Positions 1 to 9,138 of a DNA stretch of 64,000 bases are shown piece after piece (the first letter of the stretch is position 1; the number at the start of each line of letters is the position of its first letter). Under the pieces are notes generated by a model. It did not search any database and was not told where the DNA came from. It worked only from the letters and a program-made list of their open reading frames with translations. The translations under genes and the position numbers were made by a program. Origin of the DNA: Planctomycetota bacterium (lineage in GTDB: Bacteria > Planctomycetota > UBA8108 > SXIK01); the NCBI GenBank assembly GCA_965223265.1, contig OZ244999.1, positions 2,272,001-2,336,000 on the forward strand. Reading direction: 5' to 3'.

Positions 1-1
1 A

Positions 2-1930
2 GATCTGTGGGGACACTATGGGATTGCGCGTGAGTTTTCCTGTCTTTACCGCACGCCGCTGCAGCCGTTGTGTCTCAGCGAGGAGCTTTCGAATGCCTCT
101 GGCCAGAGTCAGGTCAACGTGCGCTTCGACGGCGACGATATCGGTGGCGCCGACGGTCTTTGCCGTCGATATTGTGGGCTCGAGATCGAGGGGGTCACGG
201 TGGGGCCTTCGCCTGCATGGCTCCAGAGCCGTCTTCTCGCCATCGGAAGTCGCCCGATCAACAACATTGTCGACGTCACCAACTACATTCTGTTTGAGCT
301 TGGCCAGCCGCTCCACGCGTTCGACACCGCGCTCGTCCGCGGTGGCGAGATCGTCGTGCGGCGCGCTGCGGCCGGTGAGAAGCTCGAGCTTCTTGACGAT
401 TCGACCGTAACTCTGGAGAAAACGGACCTGGTGATCGCGGACGGCAGCGTCGCCGTCGCACTCGCCGGCGTCATGGGAGGGGCTGGTACGGAGATCCGTG
501 ATGACACCACTCGGGTCTTTCTCGAGTGTGCCAACTTCTCACCAGTGCAAGTGCGCCGCACTGCGCGTCGACTGGGTAAGCAGACCGACTCCTCGATGCG
601 CTTTGAGAAGTCGCTCGACCCGGAGATGGTTCGCGACGCGATCTTACGCGCCGCACAATTGATCCTCGACATCTCGCCAGGGGCGCAGGTCGTCGGTCCA
701 CTCCAGGACGTGGGGTATGAACCGGCGCCTTCGATCGAGATCGAGTCGAGAGCGAAGTTCATCTCGAATCGTCTCGGCGCTGCGACGCCGGCAGCGAAGG
801 TGCGCGAAACTCTTGAGCAGCTGGGGTTCAAAGTGAAGGGGAAAACGGACGGGGCCTGGAACGTGACCGTGCCCTCTTGGCGCTCCACGAAGGACGTTTC
901 GATCCAAGAGGACCTCGTCGAAGAGGTCGGCAGGATTCACGGCTACGATTCGATCGAGGCGTTTGCGCCGCAGTGGGAGGTTGCTGCCCCGAATGGTAAC
1001 CCTCACCGCACCTTCGAGCGTAAGGCCAAGGAGTTCCTCGTTCAGTTTGCCTGTCTGCACGAGGTCTTCACGTATTCCATGGTCGGCGCAGCTCATTGCG
1101 AGCGCTTTGGCCTCGATCCAGATGCCCATCTGCGCCTGAAGAACCCGATGAGCGAGGACCTCGACCGCATGCGGCGAGAGATCGTTCCCCTCCACCTCGA
1201 GAAGGTTAAGGAGAACCAGCGCTACCAGCTAGAATTCGGGATGTTCGAGATCGGCCGTGTTTTCAGAAAGGCCGCAGCGCGTCTGCGCGATCCCGAGCTC
1301 CCTGAGGAGCTGAACCGACTGTGCGTCGTGTTGAGCTTTGAGAAGGAATCGAGCGCGAATTTCTACCACGCGCGTCATATCGCCCTGAGACTTCTTCGCT
1401 GGCTCGGTATCGGCGGTTGCGAAATGTGTCCACTGCCTCCCGCTCGAGACGTCGCGAAGTGGGTGCACCCCGAGGTCGCGGGACGCCTCGTCACCGCGGG
1501 CGCGTCGGACGGCGAAGAGTGGGGCGTCGTGTATCGGGTTCATCCCGAGACGATGCGGGCGCTCAAGCTGAAAGGCGACGTCGTCGCCATCGATCTTGCC
1601 TTCGACGCGCTCTACGAGCGTGGACCGCGCTGCGCAATCGATTACGTCCCGCCACAGCGATATCCGACGGTGCCGTTTGACGTTGCGGTTGTCGCTGAGC
1701 TCCGCACTCCGGTGCGAGAGATCCGTACCGTCATCGAGCAGGCGGCCGGTGGCGCGCTGCTTGAAGTCGAAGTCTTGAGCGTGTACGACGAGCTTGGCGA
1801 CGGGAAGAAATCCGTGGCGTTTCACCTCGTTTTTGGCTCGCCCGAGCGCACATTGTCCGGAGACGAGGTCTCTGCGCTCCAGCAGCGAGTCATTGGCTTG
1901 CTGCAGGAACGCGGGTTTAACCTACGCTGA
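2..1930 (+). CDS. pheT: Phenylalanine-tRNA ligase beta subunit (5' end outside window)
   Basis: Frame is open from nt 2 (DLWGHYGIARE). Contains B3/B4 motif 'RPINNIVDVTNYILFELGQPLHAFD', B5 'VPSWR..DVSIQEDLVEEVGRIHGYD' and C-terminal FDX-ACB 'GKKSVAF...RTLS'. Confidence 0.96.
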   Translation, partial: DLWGHYGIAREFSCLYRTPLQPLCLSEELSNASGQSQVNVRFDGDDIGGADGLCRRYCGLEIEGVTVGPSPAWLQSRLLAIGSRPINNIVDVTNYILFELGQPLHAFDTALVRGGEIVVRRAAAGEKLELLDDSTVTLEKTDLVIADGSVAVALAGVMGGAGTEIRDDTTRVFLECANFSPVQVRRTARRLGKQTDSSMRFEKSLDPEMVRDAILRAAQLILDISPGAQVVGPLQDVGYEPAPSIEIESRAKFISNRLGAATPAAKVRETLEQLGFKVKGKTDGAWNVTVPSWRSTKDVSIQEDLVEEVGRIHGYDSIEAFAPQWEVAAPNGNPHRTFERKAKEFLVQFACLHEVFTYSMVGAAHCERFGLDPDAHLRLKNPMSEDLDRMRREIVPLHLEKVKENQRYQLEFGMFEIGRVFRKAAARLRDPELPEELNRLCVVLSFEKESSANFYHARHIALRLLRWLGIGGCEMCPLPPARDVAKWVHPEVAGRLVTAGASDGEEWGVVYRVHPETMRALKLKGDVVAIDLAFDALYERGPRCAIDYVPPQRYPTVPFDVAVVAELRTPVREIRTVIEQAAGGALLEVEVLSVYDELGDGKKSVAFHLVFGSPERTLSGDEVSALQQRVIGLLQERGFNLR

Positions 1931-1938
1931 GCGTTAGC

Positions 1939-1962
1939 GATCGCAAGCGATCGCTTGCGATC
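1939..1962. terminator. Perfect 24-bp palindrome after pheT (possible terminator or protein-binding site)
   Basis: GATCGCAAGCGA|TCGCTTGCGATC, 8 nt after the pheT stop; no U-tract. Confidence 0.4.
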
Positions 1963-2122
1963 TGCGTCGCCGTGCGCAGGGTGTTCGATGCGAGTCGGGC
2001 GGTGCCGCGGAAATGCTGATGTAACACTGTCGGCGCGTGATACAATCAGCGCGCTTCTAACCTCGAGGCCGAGGGAGCTTGTGAGGAGAATGGACGTGAG
2101 GTGAGAATAGAGGAGGCTTGTC

Positions 2123-3400
2123 GTGAAGGGAGTAGCCACACTCTGCTTAGGTTTAATTCTCGGTGGCTTGGGTTTGTGGGTGATTCAGAGCTTCAGCTCT
2201 TCGGCTACGAGCGACCGTCCACGAGATCAAGTCGCGACTCCTGAGCTCGTCGCGTCGCCGACCGAGGTTGCCTCGAAGGAGTCGCTGGACGCGCCCGCAG
2301 CTCCGGGCTTGACGGCAGTGGATGAGGGCCCCGCGGCAGCGGACTACGTGCCGCCGATGCGGCCGATTCCGAGCCAAGATGCGACCGCCCGATCGACGTT
2401 TGCGCCGGGCATACCGGAAACTGTGGACGCCGTCGTCCAGCCCGCGACGCAGCCGCTGGGGGACAAACTCCGCGGCGAGCGAGATCTTGCGGTGGCGACC
2501 TTCGACGCCGGCGAGCGAGGCGTGGGCGAGCGGCTCCTACGGGAGGTCTATACGGTCTACAAGAGTCGTGGTGACCTTGACTTGACGCCGGAGGTGTCGC
2601 GTTTGTTGGACGTCGAGGACGACTTTTCGTCGCGCCTTGAATACACCGGTTATCTCGCCGAGCGGTCCCCCGGACCCGAAGTCTTCGAGCGCCAAATCGG
2701 CCGCGCCAGACGCCTGTTGGCCACTCAGAGTAGCGACTTGGAGCACTTGGTGAGCGTGTGGAACGAGCTGTCGCTCGCGTACGAGGTGGCCTCCAATCGT
2801 GCGCAGCGTCTTATGGCGCTGACCGATCTTGAACCGTTCGTCGACAAGCACATTCTGTCCGGCAGAAAGTCACCGCTGTTACACTCGCATCTTGTTCGTA
2901 GCGGTGAACACTTGTCAGGGATTGCCAAGAAGGTGCGTGTGCCCATCGATTCGCTCAGACGACTGAATGCGCTGAGGTCCGACACGATTCGTGTCGATCA
3001 GGTTCTTCGGTACCTGCCTGGAGCTGTTCGAGTCCACATCGACAAGAGCGATTATCGTCTGTGGCTGACCGTGAACGATCGTTTTCTCTTGGAGAAACCC
3101 GTCGGGCTTGGCAAAGAGGGGAGGACGCCGACCGGCGAGTTCAGCGTCGACGTCAAGGAGAAGGATCCGAAATGGTGGCGACCGGGGGAAGCGCCGATCC
3201 CAGCTGGAGACCCGCGCAATATTCTTGGCACGCGCTGGCTTGGGTTTGCGGCGTCCGACGGCCTTGGAATCCATGGCACCGACGATCCTAACTCGATCGG
3301 TCAACAAATGTCAGCCGGTTGCGTCCGTTTGAAGAACCCCGACATCGAGTTGGTGTTCGATTTCGTCCCCTATAGGTGCCAGGTTGTGATTCGCGACTGA
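2123..3400 (+). CDS. L,D-transpeptidase (YkuD family) with LysM domain and N-terminal membrane anchor
   Basis: LysM 'HLVRSGEHLSGIAKK...LRRLNAL'; catalytic 'GIHGT...SIGQQMSAGCVRL'; GGAGG SD upstream. Confidence 0.9.
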   Translation: MKGVATLCLGLILGGLGLWVIQSFSSSATSDRPRDQVATPELVASPTEVASKESLDAPAAPGLTAVDEGPAAADYVPPMRPIPSQDATARSTFAPGIPETVDAVVQPATQPLGDKLRGERDLAVATFDAGERGVGERLLREVYTVYKSRGDLDLTPEVSRLLDVEDDFSSRLEYTGYLAERSPGPEVFERQIGRARRLLATQSSDLEHLVSVWNELSLAYEVASNRAQRLMALTDLEPFVDKHILSGRKSPLLHSHLVRSGEHLSGIAKKVRVPIDSLRRLNALRSDTIRVDQVLRYLPGAVRVHIDKSDYRLWLTVNDRFLLEKPVGLGKEGRTPTGEFSVDVKEKDPKWWRPGEAPIPAGDPRNILGTRWLGFAASDGLGIHGTDDPNSIGQQMSAGCVRLKNPDIELVFDFVPYRCQVVIRD

Positions 3401-3484
3401 TGGCGTCGCCGCAGCGGCCTGGTCGCAATTGGGCCTGGACGAAGACGGCGGCGATCGATAGGCGCTGCACTGGAGGACTTCCGC

Positions 3485-3838
3485 ATGTGGCGACCCGTTC
3501 GCTGGAGACTTAAGGCGTCGCTGCACGCAGTGATCCTTGGCGGCTGCCTGGCTGCGTGCGCGTGCTCTCAGTCCGCGACGCAAGCCGATTTTTCGGTTGG
3601 CATGTCGCGTCAGAATTTGCGTGGGCGGTTCGGTCAGCCGATACACGTGCAGGCGCTGACGAAGACGGACACGCACCTCTTTGGCGCCGTCGAGGATTTG
3701 TGGTCCCGCTTGCAGACCGGTGAGCGCGTCGAGATTTGGCAATACCGCGTCGAGGGTGGTGTCGTCGAACTGTACTTCGTCAACGGCAGCGACTCCGTCT
3801 CGGAACTGGCGTTCGTTGCCGAAGGCACCGTCTTTTGA
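3485..3838 (+). CDS. Small putative lipoprotein
   Basis: GGAGG SD; hydrophobic N-terminus with lipobox-like 'LAACAC'; SmpA/BamE-like 'GMSRQNLRGRFGQP...IWQY' pattern. Confidence 0.6.
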   Translation: MWRPVRWRLKASLHAVILGGCLAACACSQSATQADFSVGMSRQNLRGRFGQPIHVQALTKTDTHLFGAVEDLWSRLQTGERVEIWQYRVEGGVVELYFVNGSDSVSELAFVAEGTVF

Positions 3839-3955
3839 ATTCCCGCCTCTGAGTCTCCTCCCCTGAACTTCGAGGGAAGGTGAACTGGTCGAATCGTGCG
3901 CTCTACGGCCGCGGCAGACTCTGATCTGTTTTCCGCGATCGTGCCCCGCGTGCGG

Positions 3956-3961
3956 TAGAAT
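3956..3961 (+). promoter_or_regulatory. Putative -10 element (TAGAAT) of a leaderless transcript
   Basis: TAGAAT followed 7 nt later by ATG (3969), directly upstream of intron copy 1. Confidence 0.45.
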
Positions 3962-4534
3962 GGCCTGCATGGTGTGTCCTGACGAAACGGGCGATCCCGT
4001 TTCTCGCTGTGTCAAGCTTGCGGGTGAAAGTCCCGCCGCGGTAGGAGCCGGTGCGCCGCGTAGCAGGTACCGGGCGTGGGGAGAGATCCCTCCGTCTGAG
4101 CGGTATGTCAAAGCCCTCAGGGAGTCGTACGACTCCTGCGGAGGGGAGCAAAGCCGCGGGCCCGATGCGTAAGCGTGAACCCTGCAGCCTCGTGAGATAG
4201 ACAATCGAAAGGTGGAGTGGCCGAGTGTCACGACGAAGGCAACAGACTGTACCTGGGCAATCCATGTGGGTCGTAGTAGCCGCGTGCGGCGAGGCGGCCG
4301 TGATGGACACAACCGGAGGGGTACAGGACGCTCCCGGGGTATTGGGGAGGGCACGTGGTTACGGTTTGACACGGAACAGGAGAGGCCCTACCCGGCTGCC
4401 GACGTCGGGCGAAGGCGGCGCCTATAAGCCGATGGCGAAATGGCGTCGTGCGGGGAGGGAATCCGAGGGGTTCATAGTACCGCCGAGGCTGCGTAACAGC
4501 GGGGGAGGGAAGGGGCCCTGCTTTAGTCACGCCT

Positions 4535-5942
4535 CATAGATTGGGAGGTTAGCCGTAACCGATTATGGGATCGATGTCTACGGTCTCGAAGGCGTTCTTC
4601 GTTTGCGGATTCGTTCGTCCGGCTGTCGATCGCAAGAGGAGAAGAACGCGTTTGAGCATCGCGACAAGGGAGCGCGGCTTCGAGATGCAAGCTCGCCCGA
4701 CGTCCCTGAAGAATGTCCAGCTCAGGTCGGCGGCGATGAACGGTGCGGCATGCTTCCCTGTGTTTCGAAACGCTGAATAGAGTAGGAACCTTCGGACAAG
4801 CACGGCGAGCATGCTCGCCCAGACGAGTCCCTCGACGATGTGAGGATCCTTTGTCTGGAACTTCCGCAAGTTGGTGAACGACTTGCATTCTTTGAAAAAG
4901 AGCTCGATCTGCCAACGCAGTCTGTAGAGAGCCGCGACGATGCTCGGTGGAAACGCTCTAGGGCACAGCGTAGTCAACAGGTACACGTGGACGTCCTTGT
5001 GTCTCACATAGAAGATGACGAGCCGAAGGCAGTGGCCTTTCCCTTCGATAAGCAGATCGACGTTGCTCTTGGGAAGTTTCAGATCGCGAAGTTTCATCCC
5101 TTCCGTTGTGCGGTGCTTGAAGGGACCACGGTAGCACTTGCGGATCTTGGGATTGAACGCCTTGTGGCTCATGCGGCCGAGGAAATCCCCGCCCGCGGCT
5201 CTCACCCGAGCGGGATACTCGTAACTGGTGTACCCCTTGTCCCCCAGGATGAGTTTGCCGGCAACCTCTTCCGGCTCAGGAAGGAAGTCTCGCTCTGTTT
5301 CACTATCGGGCGCGACAGCCACCGCTACCGGTTGGCCGTCGTAGAGACTGTACGTGCAGTGCACTTCGATCGCTGCAGGGGAGATCTTCGTAAATCGTCC
5401 TGGGAAGTAATCGACGAGTGAATCATTTACCTCGAACGAGCTCCCGTCCTGCGCAACGATGTCTTCGAATCGCCGAAGATACCGTGATCTGCCGTGTCGA
5501 ATGGGATCGGACAACTCGCTCATGAACAAGGCCAGCGTCTTACGCATGAACTCCGGAAAGCCGGGAACTGAAAGGCGATCGTGGAACGGCTTGTAGGACA
5601 TCGACTCGCCCGTCAGATCGGTAAACAGTCTCAAGACTGCCGCGAGACTGTTTGTCGTTCCCGATCCCATCGCGGTCACGAACGTCCAGACCGCACGAAT
5701 AGGCGTGAACTTTCGCAGCCGCTCGAAGAAAACTGCTTCGGACGCGATCGTGTTGATGCTTTTTTCCGAGAGGACCCGTTTCAACGCAGACGCACACCGG
5801 ATAAAATCGTGGCTCATTGTTTGCCCTCCACTTCTTGTTTGGCGATGAGCTGTGGAGGGTTTTTTTACGCGAAAACCAGCGCCCCGTCGATGAATCGTCG
5901 TAAGTCATCGCCACGATGAGACTTACTAACATCCAATCTATG
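4535..5942 (-). mobile_element. IS4-family insertion sequence (1408 bp)
   Basis: Terminal IRs CATAGATTGGGAGGTTAG / CATAGATTGGATGTTAG; 10-bp TSD AGTCACGCCT (4525-4534 and 5943-5952). The empty site is visible in intron copy 2. Confidence 0.95.
4549..5817 (-). CDS. IS4-family DDE transposase
   Basis: 'AQDGSSF', 'LGDKGY' and the YREK signature 'LYRLRWQIELFFKECKS'. Confidence 0.95.
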   Translation of the reverse strand: MSHDFIRCASALKRVLSEKSINTIASEAVFFERLRKFTPIRAVWTFVTAMGSGTTNSLAAVLRLFTDLTGESMSYKPFHDRLSVPGFPEFMRKTLALFMSELSDPIRHGRSRYLRRFEDIVAQDGSSFEVNDSLVDYFPGRFTKISPAAIEVHCTYSLYDGQPVAVAVAPDSETERDFLPEPEEVAGKLILGDKGYTSYEYPARVRAAGGDFLGRMSHKAFNPKIRKCYRGPFKHRTTEGMKLRDLKLPKSNVDLLIEGKGHCLRLVIFYVRHKDVHVYLLTTLCPRAFPPSIVAALYRLRWQIELFFKECKSFTNLRKFQTKDPHIVEGLVWASMLAVLVRRFLLYSAFRNTGKHAAPFIAADLSWTFFRDVGRACISKPRSLVAMLKRVLLLLRSTAGRTNPQTKNAFETVDIDPIIGYG

Positions 5943-5976
5943 AGTCACGCCTGTGTGTGGAGGTAAGTACGAGGGC

Positions 5977-6066
5977 ATGACCTCCCACGAGCGCATCGTG
6001 AAAAAACTTGGCCTCCATCGTTTAGTCGGCACAATACGTTACCCGGGAGGTGTACACGCGCCATGA
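5977..6066 (+). pseudogene. Remnant of intron-encoded RT/maturase (29 codons) in domain IV, copy 1
   Basis: GGAGG SD, then MTSHERIVKKLGLHRLVGTIRYPGGVHAP*. Resembles an IEP start fused to an IEP C-terminus; ends just before domain V. Confidence 0.6.
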
Positions 6067-6175
6067 GAAGACTATCGGGGTAAGCCGTGTGCGGGAAATC
6101 CGCACGCACGGTTTGAAAGGGGGGCTCAGGAAACGGGTCCCGATTACTATGGGACACCGCGCCTGAGCCCTACCA

Positions 6176-6616
6176 ATGACAAAGAAGAAAGGGCGTCGTT
6201 TAGCTCTGGCACTTGGACTCGGGGCTGCGGTCATCGCTGCCGCAGTCGTCGCGTTCAACTGGCCACACGTGCGAGCCAAGTACATCCTTTGGAGCGAGTT
6301 CGAGCCCCTTGGAAAAAACTCGAAAGGCTACGACGAGTATCGACACCGACGCTCGGAGAGTGTTTTCATCTTGCTTCCGGGAGCCCTAGTAACGCCGCGA
6401 GAGGCGAAGTCCTTCATTGAACTACTTTTGGACTTAGGTGTTCCAGTCGAAGCGCCTTTGCAAGACGTAGAACTTCGACCATTTTTGATCGAAAAGGACA
6501 TTGTAGTGGCGCCTGAATACTACGTCGATGTTGATGATCTTTCGGATTTCCCAGAGGAACGTTCGAGCAGGCGCTCGCCAAGTTCGAGCTCTCCGCCCCG
6601 ACCGGGGCCGAATTAG
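6176..6616 (+). CDS. Membrane-anchored hypothetical protein, resembling a truncated N-terminal part of a SUMF1/FGE-sulfatase-domain protein
   Basis: N-terminal TM helix; 'GYDEYRHRRSESVFILLPG...VELRPFLIEK'. Start ATG is formed at the intron 3' junction; the spliced form reads ATG GTG ACA AAG. Confidence 0.55.
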   Translation: MTKKKGRRLALALGLGAAVIAAAVVAFNWPHVRAKYILWSEFEPLGKNSKGYDEYRHRRSESVFILLPGALVTPREAKSFIELLLDLGVPVEAPLQDVELRPFLIEKDIVVAPEYYVDVDDLSDFPEERSSRRSPSSSSPPRPGPN

Positions 6617-6787
6617 CTTACGCCCTGGAGTTTTCTCCAAACGAAGTTTCGAACGCATTCGGAATACCGGTCGATGGGATATTAAGACCGCTCCGCGGAG
6701 TCCGCCGCCTCTACCGGTAGACACCGTGCCAGAACGCCTCGATCACCCAAATCCTCTTGCCGTGAACAGCAGCATGGCGCACATCAT

Positions 6788-7571
6788 GTGTCCTGACGAA
6801 ACGGGCGATCCCGTTTCTCGCTGTGTCAAGCTTGCGGGTGAAAGTCCCGCCGCGGTAGGGGCCGGTGCACCGCGTAGCAGGTACCGGGCGTGGGGAGAGA
6901 TCCCTCCGTCTGAGCGGTATGTCAAAGCCCTCAGGGAGTCGTACGACTCCTGCGGAGGGGAGCAAAGCCGCGGGCCCGATGCGTAAGCGTGAACCCTGCA
7001 GCCTCGTGAGATAGACAATCGAAAGGTGGAGTGGCCGAGTGTCACGACGAAGGCAACAGACTGTACCTGGGCAATCCATGTGGGTCGTAGTAGCCGCGTG
7101 CGGCGAGGCGGCCGTGATGGACACAACCGGAGGGGTACAGGACGCTCCCGGGGTATCGGGGAGGGCACGTGGTTACGGTTTGACACGGAACAGGAGAGGC
7201 CCTACCCGGCTGCCGACGTCGGGCGAAGGCGGCGCCTATAAGCCGATGGCGAAATGGCGTCGTGCGGGGAGGGAATCCGAGGGGTTCATAGTACCGCCGA
7301 GGCTGCGTAACAGCGGGGGAGGGAAGGGGCCCTGCTTTAGTCACGCCTGTGTGTGGAGGTAAGTACGAGGGCATGACCTCCCACGAGCGCATCGTGAAAA
7401 AACTTGGCCTCCATCGTTTAGTCGGCACAATACGTTACCCGGGAGGTGTACACGAGTCATGAGAAGACTATCGGTAAGCCGTGTGCGGGAAATCCGCACG
7501 CACGGTTTGAAAGGGGGGCTCAGGAAACGGGTCCCGATTACTATGGGACACCGCGCCTGAGCCCTACCAAT
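6788..7571 (+). mobile_element. ORF-less group II intron, copy 2 (784 nt, intact)
   Basis: Nearly identical to copy 1 (a few substitutions and a 2-nt indel before DV). Domain V 7475-7509; ends ...CCCTACCAAT|G. Interrupts the ATG of the desulfurase gene (AT|G). Confidence 0.93.
7373..7462 (+). pseudogene. Remnant of intron-encoded RT/maturase (29 codons), copy 2
   Basis: MTSHERIVKKLGLHRLVGTIRYPGGVHES*, with GGAGG SD. Confidence 0.6.
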
Positions 7572-8772
7572 GGCGAAACGGAAGGACGATTCACCCCGCC
7601 GCATCTACTTGGATCACGCCGCGACGACACCGCTGCGTCCCGAGGTCGTGCGCGCGATGCAGCCTTTCGCTGCGCAGTGCTTTGGGAATCCAAGCTCGCT
7701 CCATCTGGAGGGACGGCAGGCGAAGGCGGCTCTCGAGGAGGCGCGCGCCGCGGTGGTTCACGCTTTGGGCGCGCATGAGTTCGATCTCGCGTTTGCATCG
7801 TGCGGCACCGAGGCGAATCATTCAGCCTTGATCGGCGCCGTCCTAGCAGCCAAAGGACGACTGGCGCGGCCACACGTGGTGACAACGGCGATCGAGCATG
7901 CCGCGGTGCTCGAGTTGCTTCCGCTCCTGGAGACGCTCGGCGCTGAGGTCACCCTCGTTCCATGCAGCGAGCAAGGCGTCGTTGAGGCGCGAGCGATCGA
8001 GGCCTTGGTGCGCCCGGAGACGAGCCTCGTCAGTGTGATGGCGGTCAACAACGAGACCGGAGTCATTCAAGACGTTTCAGCGATCGGCGCTGCGCTTCGG
8101 GCCCACGACTGCTTGGTCCACGTCGATGCGGTCCAGCACCTTGGCAAGCTGGAACTTGACCTGTCTACTTGGCCGGTGGATCTCGTCACTCTCTCCGCGC
8201 ACAAGATCTATGGACCGAAGGGCGGAGCGGCGCTCGTTGCGCGGCGCGGGATTCAGTGGGAACCGCTGCTCCGCGGCGGCGGGCAGGAGGGCGGCAAGCG
8301 TTCGGGCACGCCAAACGTTGCCGCGGCTGTCGGGTTTGCTCAGGCTGTAGAGCTCGCGCAGGCCGAGTGGGCATCGGAGGCGGAGCGCCAGAGGCAGCTT
8401 CGAGATCGGCTGGAAGCGGACATCCAGCGGCGCGTGCCGGAGGCGATCGTCAATGGCGGGCGTCAGCATCGGGTGGGCGGGCTTCTGAATGTGTCGTTTC
8501 CGTTCGTCGAAGGTGAGTCGCTCGTGCGCCGGCTCGATGCCCGCGGCGTTGCCGTGTCGACCGGAAGCGCCTGCAACATCGGAGCTCACAAGCCATCGCA
8601 TGTCCTTCGAGCGATGCAGAGATCGGCTGCGGAGGTTCGCGGATCGATCCGTTTTTCGCTTGGACGCGGGAGTACCGCTGACGATCTCGCGGCAGCGAGT
8701 CAGCTGCTCTTCGAGGAGCTTGAGGTGCTGCGCCGCATCGCACCGAGTGGCAGTGCGCTGCCGAGCACCTAA
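7570..8772 (+). CDS. iscS: Cysteine desulfurase (IscS/NifS family, class V PLP enzyme)
   Basis: 'IYLDHAATTP', 'GNPSSLH', 'HVDAVQ', PLP lysine 'SAHKIYGPKG', catalytic Cys 'STGSAC'. Confidence 0.93.
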   Translation: MAKRKDDSPRRIYLDHAATTPLRPEVVRAMQPFAAQCFGNPSSLHLEGRQAKAALEEARAAVVHALGAHEFDLAFASCGTEANHSALIGAVLAAKGRLARPHVVTTAIEHAAVLELLPLLETLGAEVTLVPCSEQGVVEARAIEALVRPETSLVSVMAVNNETGVIQDVSAIGAALRAHDCLVHVDAVQHLGKLELDLSTWPVDLVTLSAHKIYGPKGGAALVARRGIQWEPLLRGGGQEGGKRSGTPNVAAAVGFAQAVELAQAEWASEAERQRQLRDRLEADIQRRVPEAIVNGGRQHRVGGLLNVSFPFVEGESLVRRLDARGVAVSTGSACNIGAHKPSHVLRAMQRSAAEVRGSIRFSLGRGSTADDLAAASQLLFEELEVLRRIAPSGSALPST

Positions 8773-8791
8773 CGCGCATTTTCGAATCGTC

Positions 8792-8835
8792 AAGAGGCCA
8801 GTTTCCTCGGCCGAATGACTTTTTCAGGCGGGCTG
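8792..8835 (+). repeat. Right-end remnant of the MITE-like element at 58308-58466
   Basis: AAGAGGCCAGTTTCCTCGGCCGAATGACTTTTTCAGGCGGGCTG vs AAGAGGCCGGTTTCTCAGCCGAATGACTTTTTCAACGGGCTG. Confidence 0.7.
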
Positions 8836-9138
8836 CTAGCTTCGAGTTGGCCACTTCGCATCGGGCCTGGGAGCGCCAAGAGCGTCGAGGCTGCCAGCGC
8901 CAAACGATCAAGCCTGACACTTGCGACGGGCGAGCGCGTCTCGTGGGACTGATAACTCTACGCCCGGGAGGGACGGCGTCGCTGGCGCGACTTTGTCAGC
9001 ACAGCGCGGGGGGTGTACGCCGAAGACAGGCTGAAGGACGGCGTCGACGGGAACGAGCTTCGAGGTGGGTGCCTGGTACGCATCGCTCTCGAGCCTCTCT
9101 CGTCGCACCGGCTCAGACGACTGCACCATGGATAGCTC

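Larger units (their letters stand above)
3974..6177 (+). mobile_element. ORF-less group II intron, copy 1 (interrupted by IS4 at 4535-5942)
   Basis: 5' GTGTCC; DIII-like 'GAGGGGTTCATAGTACCG...GGAGGGAAGGGGCCCTGC'; domain V TAAGCCGTGTGCGGGAAATCCGCACGCACGGTTTG (6081-6115) with AGC triad; domain VI GGGCTCAGG...CCTGAGCCCT-A-CC-AAT. 786 nt after removing the IS and one TSD. Boundary can slide by 1 nt because TG occurs at both junctions. Confidence 0.92.

Noticed and set aside
3311-4539. Several overlapping ORFs within the intron sequences (also 6528-7604)
   Set aside because: They fall inside structured intron RNA, are duplicated with it, and have no protein motifs.
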